NCBI GenBank assembly: GCA_038060895.1
Contig: JBBTCT010000012.1
Location: 41,699-105,698 of the forward strand
DNA from: Planctomycetota bacterium
GTDB taxonomy: Bacteria > Planctomycetota > MHYJ01 > WSZJ01
Reading direction: 5' to 3'
DNA: 64,000 nt
Below are positions 49,314 to 58,000 of this stretch, in pieces (position 1 is the first letter of the stretch; every line of letters begins with the position of its first letter). The translations under genes were made by a program, and so were the position numbers. The notes under the pieces were generated by a model. The model had not been told where the DNA came from and made no database searches. It worked only from the letters and a program-made list of their open reading frames with translations.

Positions 49314-50422
49314 CCACGGAGATGCTCCAGGTGATCCGCACTGACGGGACCGTCGCTGGAAAAGCCGAGCCGCCGCTTCCCGAAGAATTGCTCCGGCGCT
49401 TTTACCGCACGATGGTCCAGGTCCGCGCGCTCGACGAAAAAGGGATGCTGCTTCAGCGCACGGGGCGCATCGGATTTTACGTTCCGAGCGGGGGGCAGGA
49501 AGCGGCGCAGGTCGGCGCGGCGGCGGCGCTGGAGGCGCAGGACTGGATCTTCCCGACGTACCGGGACCCGGGGATGGCGATCTGGAAGGGCGCGAGCCTG
49601 ACGGAGATGCTGGCGCACGAGTTCGGCTTCGCGACGGACCGCTGCAAAGGGCGGCAGATGCCGAACCACTACGCGTTCAAGGAGCTGAACTACGTGTCGA
49701 TCAGCTCGCCGATCGCGACGCAGCTCCCGCAGGCCGAGGGGTGCGCGATGGCGATCAAGATCAAGGGCACGAGCGAAGTCGTGCTCGGCTGCATGGGAGA
49801 CGGAGGGACGAGCGAGGGCGATTTCCACGTCGCGATGAATTTCGCGGGCGTCTACAAGTCCCCGATCGTTTTCTACTGCCAGAACAACCAGTGGGCGATC
49901 AGCGTCCCGCTGAAGGGCCAGACCGCGAGCGAGACGATTGCGATCAAGGCGAAGGCGTACGGCTTCCCCGGCGTGCAGTGCGACGGGAACGACGTCCTGG
50001 CGGTGTACAAGGCGGTCAAGGACGCGGTGGACCGCGCGCGGAGCGGTGGCGGGCCGAGTTTCGTCGAAGCGCTGACTTACCGCATGGGCCCGCACAGCTC
50101 GAGCGACGACCCGAAGCGGTATCGCCCGGCAGCGGAAGAAGAAGAGTGGAAAAGGAAGGACCCGATCGACCGCTTCCGGAAGTACCTGCAGAAGCAGGGG
50201 ATCTGGACGGAGGCGTTCGAGAAAGAGACCTGGGACAGGGCGCGCGAGGCGGTGAACGAGGCGGTGAAGGAAGTCGAGAAGGCCGGACCGCCGGCGGTGC
50301 ACACGATGTTCGAAGAGGTGTACAAGGAGATGCCCGCGGAGCTGGCGGAACAGCGGGATGGGTTGATCGAGTATTTGAAGACAGGCGAGATCAAGGACAG
50401 CGGCGAGGCGTTTCCGCTGTAA
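49310..50422 (+). CDS. pdhA: 2-oxoacid (pyruvate/branched-chain) dehydrogenase E1 alpha, copy 1
   Basis: GQEA, GDGGTSEG...NN ThDP motif, HSSSDDP..YR; substrate specificity not determinable from sequence alone. Confidence 0.88.
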   Translation: MTTEMLQVIRTDGTVAGKAEPPLPEELLRRFYRTMVQVRALDEKGMLLQRTGRIGFYVPSGGQEAAQVGAAAALEAQDWIFPTYRDPGMAIWKGASLTEMLAHEFGFATDRCKGRQMPNHYAFKELNYVSISSPIATQLPQAEGCAMAIKIKGTSEVVLGCMGDGGTSEGDFHVAMNFAGVYKSPIVFYCQNNQWAISVPLKGQTASETIAIKAKAYGFPGVQCDGNDVLAVYKAVKDAVDRARSGGGPSFVEALTYRMGPHSSSDDPKRYRPAAEEEEWKRKDPIDRFRKYLQKQGIWTEAFEKETWDRAREAVNEAVKEVEKAGPPAVHTMFEEVYKEMPAELAEQRDGLIEYLKTGEIKDSGEAFPL

Positions 50423-50432
50423 GTCGCTGTGA

Positions 50433-50492
50433 CCCTTAACCTTAACCTTCCGTTCCGCTCGAAGAACGACAGGTTAAGGGTAAGGTTAAGGG
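50433..50492. repeat. Inverted element of 6-nt units (CCTTAA / TTAAGG)
   Basis: cccttaaccttaacctt ... aggttaagggtaaggttaaggg between E1 alpha and E1 beta. Confidence 0.8.
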
Positions 50493-50520
50493 AAAGACTC
50501 TCACTCTACTGAGGTTTCGC

Positions 50521-51498
50521 ATGGCCACGCTGACCCTGCTTCAGGCCGTCAACGACTGCTTGAAGACCGAAATGCGCCGCGACGCCAATGTCGTCGTCCT
50601 TGGCGAAGACGTCGGCATCAACGGCGGCGTCTTCCGCGCGACCGAAGGCCTCCAGGCCGAGTTCGGCGGCGACCGCGTGATCGACACCCCGCTCGCCGAA
50701 TCGGGCATCATCGGCGCGGCCATCGGCATGGCGCTTTACGGCCTCCGCCCCGTCCCCGAGATCCAGTTCATGGACTTCATCTATCCCGCCTTCGACCAGA
50801 TCGTCAGCGAAGCCGCGAAACTCCGCTACCGCTCCGGCGGCCAGTTCCCCTGCCCCATGGTCATCCGCACCCCTTACGGCGGCGGCATCAAGGGCGGCCA
50901 CTACCACTCCCAGTCCAGCGAAGCCTACTTCTGCCACACCCCCGGCCTCCAGGTCGTGGTTCCATCGACGCCTTACGACACCAAGGGCCTGCTCGCGTCG
51001 TGCATCCGCGGCGAGGACCCGGTGCTTTTCCTGGAGCCGAAGCGCGTCTATCGCAGCGTGAAGGGCGAGGTTCCCGAGGGCGAGTACACGGTGCCGATCG
51101 GCAAGCTCGCGATTCCGCGGGAAGGCACGCAGGTCACGATCGTCGCATGGGGTTCGATGACGCACATCGCGCTCGAAGCGGCGGAGAAGGCGCAGACGGA
51201 GAAGGGCATTTCGTGCGAAGTCCTCGACCTGCGCTCGCTGGTGCCGCTGGACAAGCAGGCGCTTCTTGCAAGCGTGAAGAAAACCGGAAGAGTTGTCGTG
51301 ATCGGTGAAGCGCCCCGGACAGGCGGCTACGCGGGCGAGATCAGCGCGATCATCGCGGAAGAAGCGATTGAGTACATGGAAGCTCCGATCGTGCGGGTCA
51401 CGGGATTCGACACGCCGTTTCCGTACACCCTGGAGCATGCGTACATGCCGAATGCAGGGAGAGTGCTGAAGGCGATCGAGACGGTGGTCAACTTCTAG
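50521..51498 (+). CDS. pdhB: 2-oxoacid dehydrogenase E1 beta
   Basis: GEDVG..GGVFR, DTPLAE, EIQF.DF, HSQS.E, FLEPK. Confidence 0.92.
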   Translation: MATLTLLQAVNDCLKTEMRRDANVVVLGEDVGINGGVFRATEGLQAEFGGDRVIDTPLAESGIIGAAIGMALYGLRPVPEIQFMDFIYPAFDQIVSEAAKLRYRSGGQFPCPMVIRTPYGGGIKGGHYHSQSSEAYFCHTPGLQVVVPSTPYDTKGLLASCIRGEDPVLFLEPKRVYRSVKGEVPEGEYTVPIGKLAIPREGTQVTIVAWGSMTHIALEAAEKAQTEKGISCEVLDLRSLVPLDKQALLASVKKTGRVVVIGEAPRTGGYAGEISAIIAEEAIEYMEAPIVRVTGFDTPFPYTLEHAYMPNAGRVLKAIETVVNF

Positions 51499-51507
51499 GC
51501 TTGGTCG

Positions 51508-51623
51508 TATCCGCGCGTTATCCGCCGGTATCAGCTTTTATCAGCGAAAGTCTTTCTTTTTTTCCGAAAAAAAGAACAGCCTTTCGCGGATAAGAGCTGA
51601 TGAAGGCTTATAACGCGCGGATA
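51508..51623. repeat. 116-bp long palindrome built from TATC(C/A)GC-containing ~10-nt units
   Basis: tatccgcgcgttat/ataacgcgcggata outer stem, atcagct/agctgat, gcgaaag/ctttcgc, central ttctttttttc/gaaaaaaagaa. Confidence 0.88.
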
Positions 51624-51655
51624 AGGCTCCCTTAACAGGACTGAGACGAGGAAAC

Positions 51656-52954
51656 ATGGACTTCAAGCTCCCCGACATCGGCGAAGGCATTCACGAAGGC
51701 GAAGTCGTCAAGTGGCTCGTCAAGGAAGGCGACGCCGTCAAGGAAGACCAGCCGATCGTGCAGGTCATGACCGACAAGGCGACCGTCGAGATCCCTTCTC
51801 CCACCACGGGTCGGATCGGGAAGATCATGGCGGCCGAGGGGAAAGTTGCGCTCGTCGGAAGCGTGCTCGTCACCATCGAGACCGGAGTCGCCGTGGCGGG
51901 CAAGCCTGCGGCCACAAAGGTCGCTCCCGCCAATGGTCCCGGTCATGCAGCTGCGGGGGGCGGCCCTCCGAAGATCGGCACCGACACCATGATCACGCGA
52001 GAAGTCGTCCGCGCCGCCGTCGAAGCGCAGGCCGCGGTGATCGCGCCGGTCGCGCGCAGGGTGAACGGCAAAGTCCTTGCCGCTCCCGCCACGCGCAAGC
52101 TGGCCCGCGAAATGGGCGTCGATCTCGGCACCGTTTCAGGCTCCGGTCCCAACGGCCGCGTCACGAAGGACGACCTCAAGACCTTCGTCAGCGCACCGAC
52201 GAAAGTCATCTCAGCCCCGGCCGCCGCCTTCGCGCCGATGGCCATCGCTTCCTCGGCAGGCGACGAACGCGTCCCCCTCCGCGGCCTCCGCAAAATCATC
52301 GCGGAAGCCATGCACCGCTCGAAGTCCACCGCCGCCCATTACACCTACGTCGAGGAGGTGGACGTCACGGAGCTCGTCAACTTCCGCGCTTCCGCCAAGA
52401 AAGCCGCCGAACAGCGCGGCGCGCGGCTGACCTACTTGCCGTTCATCATCAAGGCGGTCGTCGCGGGGCTTAAGGAATCCCCCTACGTCAACGCGTCGCT
52501 CGACGACGCTGCCGGCGAGATCGTGCTCAAGAAGTCCTACAACATCGGCGTCGCCGCCGCGACCGACGAGGGGCTCATGGTCCCGGTCGTGAAAGACGCG
52601 GACAAGAAGTCGCTCCTCACGATTGCGAAGGAGCTCGACGACCTCGCCAACCGCACCCGGGCCAAGCGCGCGACGCGCGACGAGCTGCGCGGGTCGACGT
52701 TCACGATCACGTCGCTCGGGTCGCTCGGCGGACTCTTCGCCACACCGATCATTAACTTCCCCGAAGTCGCGATCATGGGGGTGCACAAGATCGTGAAGCG
52801 CCCCTGGGTGATCGACGACAAGATCGTCATCCGGGACATCATGCTGCTCTCGCTGTCGCTCGACCACCGCGTGGTCGACGGCGCGGTCGGCGCGCAGTTC
52901 ATGAACCGCGTCGTCGAGATTCTGCAGGATCCGAAGCTCCTGCTGCTCGAGTAG
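51656..52954 (+). CDS. pdhC: Dihydrolipoamide acyltransferase E2 (single lipoyl domain)
   Basis: VMTDKAT lipoyl Lys, PATRKLARE E3-binding domain, DHRVVDG. Confidence 0.92.
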   Translation: MDFKLPDIGEGIHEGEVVKWLVKEGDAVKEDQPIVQVMTDKATVEIPSPTTGRIGKIMAAEGKVALVGSVLVTIETGVAVAGKPAATKVAPANGPGHAAAGGGPPKIGTDTMITREVVRAAVEAQAAVIAPVARRVNGKVLAAPATRKLAREMGVDLGTVSGSGPNGRVTKDDLKTFVSAPTKVISAPAAAFAPMAIASSAGDERVPLRGLRKIIAEAMHRSKSTAAHYTYVEEVDVTELVNFRASAKKAAEQRGARLTYLPFIIKAVVAGLKESPYVNASLDDAAGEIVLKKSYNIGVAAATDEGLMVPVVKDADKKSLLTIAKELDDLANRTRAKRATRDELRGSTFTITSLGSLGGLFATPIINFPEVAIMGVHKIVKRPWVIDDKIVIRDIMLLSLSLDHRVVDGAVGAQFMNRVVEILQDPKLLLLE

Positions 52955-52957
52955 CGG

Positions 52958-54109
52958 ATGGCCGTGATCACGAAAAATCCGGGCGCGACCGCGAAGCCGC
53001 CGGCCGGCGAGCCCGCGATGCTGCAGATCCTGCGCGAGGACGGAAGCGCGAACGAGGCGCTCGATCCGAAGCTGCCGGCCGCGGAGCTGAAGACGCTGTA
53101 CCGCTTCATGCTCCAGCTGCGCATCTTCGACACGCGCATGCTGCTGCTGCAGCGGAGCGGCCGCATCGGGTTTTACGGGACGGCGACGGGGCAGGAAGCG
53201 AGCACGATCGGGACGGCGTACCCGCTGAAGGACGAGGACTGGATTTTCCCGGCGCTGCGCGAGGGCGGGACGCTGGCGCTTCGCAGGTACCCGATCCGCC
53301 TGATGGTGGCGCAGCTGATCGGGAACGCGATCGACGCGTGCAAGGGGCGGCAGATGCCGTGCCATTACACGGACACGGAGCGCCATTACGTCGCGATGTC
53401 CTCGGTGATCGCGACGCAGTTCCCGCAGGCGGTGGGCGCGGCAATGGCGGCGAAGATCAGGGGGGACAAGGTCGTCGTGATGGGCTACATCGGCGACGGC
53501 GGGACGAGCGCCGCGGACTTCCACGTCGCCATGAATTTCGCGGGTGTTTACAAGCCGCCGGTCGTCCTCGTCTGCCAGAACAACCACTGGGCGATTTCGG
53601 TGCCCCTGTGCGCGCAGACGGCGAGCGAGACGATCGCGCAGAAGGCGGTCGCGTACGGCATGGAAGGGGTCCGCGTCGACGGGAACGACATCCTGGCCGT
53701 GGTGACCGCTTCACGGAAGGCGATCGAAAAGGCGCGTGCCGGCAAGGGACCGACGTTCCTGGAATGCGTCACTTACCGGAGGCTGGGTCACTCTTCTTCC
53801 GACGACCCCACCCGGTACCGCGACGCCGCCGAGGTCAAGGCCTGGGAGGAGAAGGACCCGATCGAACGCTTCAGGAAATACCTCTCAAATAAAAACATCT
53901 GGACCGACGCCTGGCAGAAGCAGCTCGAAACGGAAATCAACGGCGAAATCACGGCCGGCGTGCGCGAAGGAGAGGCCGCCGGCCCGCCGCCGGTTTCCAC
54001 GATGTTCGACGACGTCTTCAAGGAAGTCCCGCCGGTTCTCGAAGAACAGCGGCAGGATCTGCTGCGGCAGGATGAGGCGAAGAAGGGGGATGGGGCGTTC
54101 CCTCTGTAG
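52958..54109 (+). CDS. 2-oxoacid dehydrogenase E1 alpha, copy 2
   Basis: GQEA, GDGGTS...NN, HSSSDDP..YR; paralog of 49310-50422. Confidence 0.88.
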   Translation: MAVITKNPGATAKPPAGEPAMLQILREDGSANEALDPKLPAAELKTLYRFMLQLRIFDTRMLLLQRSGRIGFYGTATGQEASTIGTAYPLKDEDWIFPALREGGTLALRRYPIRLMVAQLIGNAIDACKGRQMPCHYTDTERHYVAMSSVIATQFPQAVGAAMAAKIRGDKVVVMGYIGDGGTSAADFHVAMNFAGVYKPPVVLVCQNNHWAISVPLCAQTASETIAQKAVAYGMEGVRVDGNDILAVVTASRKAIEKARAGKGPTFLECVTYRRLGHSSSDDPTRYRDAAEVKAWEEKDPIERFRKYLSNKNIWTDAWQKQLETEINGEITAGVREGEAAGPPPVSTMFDDVFKEVPPVLEEQRQDLLRQDEAKKGDGAFPL

Positions 54110-54129
54110 GCCGTGGCTAGAATGTCGAG

Positions 54130-54966
54130 GTGCTCAGCCTCCTCCTGGCCCTCGCCCTCTTCGCCGGCTTCTTCGCGCTCGGCTCCTGGGTCGGAATCCG
54201 CCGGGCGAAAGCCGCGCCCTGGTGCGTGGGGGCGGCAGTAATCCTGATCTTCCTGAGGATCTTCTGGCGACTCTACCCGCAGTTCGAATATCCGCTCTTC
54301 CCTTTCGACTGGTACGTCGACGTGCGGCCATGGTGGGTGTTCGCGCCGGCGCAGTTCGCGGTCGGAGTCGGGGCGGCGAAGATGTCGACGAAGGGCGCGC
54401 GGGTGGGTGTGGGGATGCTGGGACTGCTTCTCTGGGTCGTGTCGGGGCAGCGGATGTTCCTGTCGTACATGCTGCCGCAGGACGAGATGAAGGGCCTGCC
54501 GGACGACAAGGGGGTGGTGCGGCAGACGACGGACTACACGTGCGGGTCGGCGGCGGCGGCGACGGTGCTGACACAGATGGGAGTGCCGTCGACCGAACGG
54601 GAGATGGCGGGCTTGTGCGGGACGAACGCGTTCACGGGGACGGATGAATTCGGGGTGGCGAAGGGGTTGCGGGCGAAGTTGCCGGGGCGAAGAGTGCGCG
54701 TCGAAGGCGGGGACTGGGAGGATCTGAAGAAGGCGCCGATGCCGGCGGCGGTGACGATCCGGTTTGTGCCGTGGATCGACCATTGGGTGGTGGTGCTGGA
54801 AGTGCAGGAGGGAGGGGTGATCGTGGGGGACCCGGTGGGGGGAAGGAAGGCGATGGGGAAGGACATCTTCGTGAGGAAATGGAGGGGGGTGATGGTTACC
54901 GTGGAAGACGACAACAACGAAGGGAAAAACGAAAAACAAAAAACGAAAAACGAAAAGGACCGCTGA
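54130..54966 (+). CDS. Membrane protein with C39 peptidase domain
   Basis: About 4 N-terminal TMs; QTTDYTCG, HWVVV, GDP (Cys-His-Asp) motifs; last ~18 codons come from the repeat arm. Confidence 0.88.
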   Translation: MLSLLLALALFAGFFALGSWVGIRRAKAAPWCVGAAVILIFLRIFWRLYPQFEYPLFPFDWYVDVRPWWVFAPAQFAVGVGAAKMSTKGARVGVGMLGLLLWVVSGQRMFLSYMLPQDEMKGLPDDKGVVRQTTDYTCGSAAAATVLTQMGVPSTEREMAGLCGTNAFTGTDEFGVAKGLRAKLPGRRVRVEGGDWEDLKKAPMPAAVTIRFVPWIDHWVVVLEVQEGGVIVGDPVGGRKAMGKDIFVRKWRGVMVTVEDDNNEGKNEKQKTKNEKDR

Positions 54967-55047
54967 ACACAGGCTTCGGCCGCAGGGTGGCTGCACTTTT
55001 CGTTTTTTGTTTTTCGTTTTTCGTTTTTCGTTTCGTTGTTGCCGTTT
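54910..55047. repeat. AT-rich inverted element of 7-nt units, copy 2 (opposite orientation to 17055-17191)
   Basis: Arms about 54910-54956 and 54997-55047 around a 40-nt spacer. Confidence 0.9.
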
Positions 55048-55090
55048 GTCGCAGCAGCCATCTCCGCCCGCTAGAATCCCCACCTTCACC

Positions 55091-58000
55091 ATGAGTCTCC
55101 CCCCCGATGACCGCGCTCTGGTCGGCACCGTGGTCCGTGACCGATATGAAGTCCTTCGCCTCCTCGGCCAGGGCGGCATGGGCTCCGTCTATGCGGTCAA
55201 GGACCGCCAGTCCGGCGCCGAACGCGCGCTGAAAGTCCTCGGCACCACGCAGGGCGGCCTCCGCATCGCCCAGCACCGCTTCAAGCGCGAATTCAGCACC
55301 ATCTCGCGCGTGTCCCACCCCGGGATTGTCGCCGTGTACGACTTCGGCGAACTCAACGGCGTGCTCTTCTATGTGATGGAACTCCTCACCAACGCCACTA
55401 TCGCCGAGCGGATCCCGAAGCCTCCCGAACTGCCCGACCGCGCGAAGATCACCGCCTCTCTCAAGATGATGTCGGAGGTGATCGACGCGCTGGCGTACGT
55501 TCACCAGCACCACCTCATCCACCGCGACCTCAAACCTTCGAACCTGATCTTCGGCGCCGATGGGAAGCCGCGTATCACGGACTTCGGGCTCGCGAAGGAT
55601 TTCGACAACGCGATCACGCTCACGGAGTCGGGGTCAATCCTGGGCACGCTGTCGCACATGGCGCCGGAGCAGCTCCAGGGCCGCAAGATCGACCATCGCG
55701 CGGACCTCTACGCGACCGGGATCATCCTCTACCAGCTCGTCTGCGGGCGGCTTCCCTTCTCCGAGACCAACCCTCTCGCCCTGATGCGCCAGCAGGTCAC
55801 CCAGGCGCCGCTCGCGCCGTCGAAGCACAACCCGGCGGTGCCGCGCGAGCTGGACGACGTGATCATGAAGCTGCTCGCGCGTGATCCTGTCGACCGATAC
55901 CCGAACGCGAACCTTCTCGCGGCGGACGTCGCCGCCGTCATCAAGGGCGACAAGCCGGCAGCTTCTGCTGCGGGCGCCCAATCCACCGACCAGCGCACCA
56001 CGATCGCGACGGCGGCGGGGTACGTCGGGCGGCAGGAGGATCTCCAGAAGATGCAGAGCGTGCTCGAGCAGGCCGGGGCCGGAGAAGGCGGGACGGCGGT
56101 GATCCTGGGCGAAGCGGGGATCGGCAAGACGCGCTTCGTCGAGGAGTTCTGCGCGCGGGCCCTGATGTACGGCGTGACGTTCCTGAAGGGTCGCGCGGAC
56201 CGGCGGGCCGGCGTCTTTTACCGGCCGTTCATCGAGATGATCGAGGCGTACAGCGCGCGGATCGGGCAGTACGACGCCGATCTCGAGGTCGCGCTGTTCT
56301 CGGACATCGGCCGGGTCCTGTCGCGGCTGGTGCCGCGGCTCCTCGAAAGAAAGAGCATCGCCGAGGCCCCGGAACCCAGCGCGCTCGAGCCCGGAGAGAA
56401 CAAAGTCCGCCTCTTCGACGCCGTCACGCGGTTTTTCCTGCGCATCGCACAGCAGGAAACGCTGGTGCTCTTCTTCGACGACTTCCAGCAGGTTGACGAA
56501 CTCTCCCTGGAGCTGTTCCAGTACCTCGGCCGCAACGCCCGCACCGCCCGGCTCGTGCTCGTCGCCGCATGCCGCGGCGAGGACCTCGCGCCGCGCGGCG
56601 GAAAGGCGCACCCGGTGGACGCGACCCTTACGGCGCTGAAGCGCGAAGGGGTGAAGTGCGAGACGATCACGCTGAAGCGGCTGTCCGAGGCGGACACGGC
56701 GCGGCTCGCGGCTGCGCTCGCGCCGGGCGTGGAGCTGTCGAAGCTGTTCGTGGAGAGGCTGCACGGGCGGACGGCGGGCGTCCCCTACTTCGTGGAGGAA
56801 CTCCTCCGCTGGCTGCGTGAACAGGGCGCGCTGGAAAAGGGGCAGTGGCCCGAGGAAGTCCCCGAGACCGTGGAGGCGGTGCTGCGCGAGCGGCTCGAGG
56901 GGATCGACGAGAAGGTGCTCGGCGCGCTGCGCGGCGCCGCCGTCGTCGGCGAGGAATTCGAATTCGAGGTCCTTCTGCGCGCGACAGGCGAGGACGAGGG
57001 AGCTCTTCTCGAGGCCATCGACTCCGGGGTCCGCGCCAAAGTCCTCAAGGAACGCCCCGGCGAGCGCTACGCGTTCGTGCACCCGCTTCTACGCATGATG
57101 CTGTACTCGAAGATGCTGCCGCGGCGGCGGAAGCTGCTTCACAGCGCGATCGCAAAGGCGCTCGAGGAGCGCAGCGGTGACACGGGCACGCGAGAGGCGG
57201 CCGAGGCGCTGGCGTACCACTGGACGAATGCAGGCGACCGCGAGAAGGCAACGGGGTACGCGATCGAGGCGGCGCGCAAGGCGTTCGGCGTGTACGCGAA
57301 TGAGGCGGCGCGCGGGCACGCCGAGGCGGCGGTGCGCGGGCTGGAGGACAAGAGCGACCCCGCAACCATGCAGCGGATGTACGACACGCTGGACCTGCTC
57401 TACGACATCCTGATGGTCTCGGGCTCGAGCGTGGACGGGACCGCCGCGGCCAATCGAATGGTCCTCATCGCCGGGCAACTCGCCGATCCCGAGCGCCGCG
57501 CGAAGGCCCACTACAAGCTCGCGCGCGCCGAGCAGCAGGCCGGGCACTACCAGGCGACGATTGCACACCTCGGGGAAGCGCTTCGCGAGACGCAGTCCCC
57601 CGCGCTTCGCGTCATCTCAATGGGCGTCCTCGCGTTCACGCTCGCGGAAAAACTCGGGAAGCCGCACGAAGGCCTGGCGATGGCCGAGGAGGCCGTGAAG
57701 CTCTCCGAGGGAATCACCGACAATGTCGCGCGCTTCCAGGCCATGAATTCCCTCGGCGTCGCGCGCCTGCGCGGCGGGCAGCTCGCGGCGGCGGCGGACC
57801 AGATGCGCAAGAACGTGGAGTTCGCGCGCGAGAAGGGGATGAAGCTGCAGGAGTGCGGCGCGCTGAACAACCTGTCGGTCGCGTTCGAGTCGATGAACCG
57901 GCACGACGAACAGCTGGTGACGCTGAAAGAAGCGCTGGACCGCGCGCGGCAGATCGGGTTCCTGGCGGGCGAATGCCTGTACCTCGTCGGCCTCGCGAGC

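Noticed and set aside
50433-50492. Telomere-like TTAAGG repeats
   Set aside because: Only 3-4 degenerate units per arm inside an operon; better explained as one of the short-unit inverted elements.
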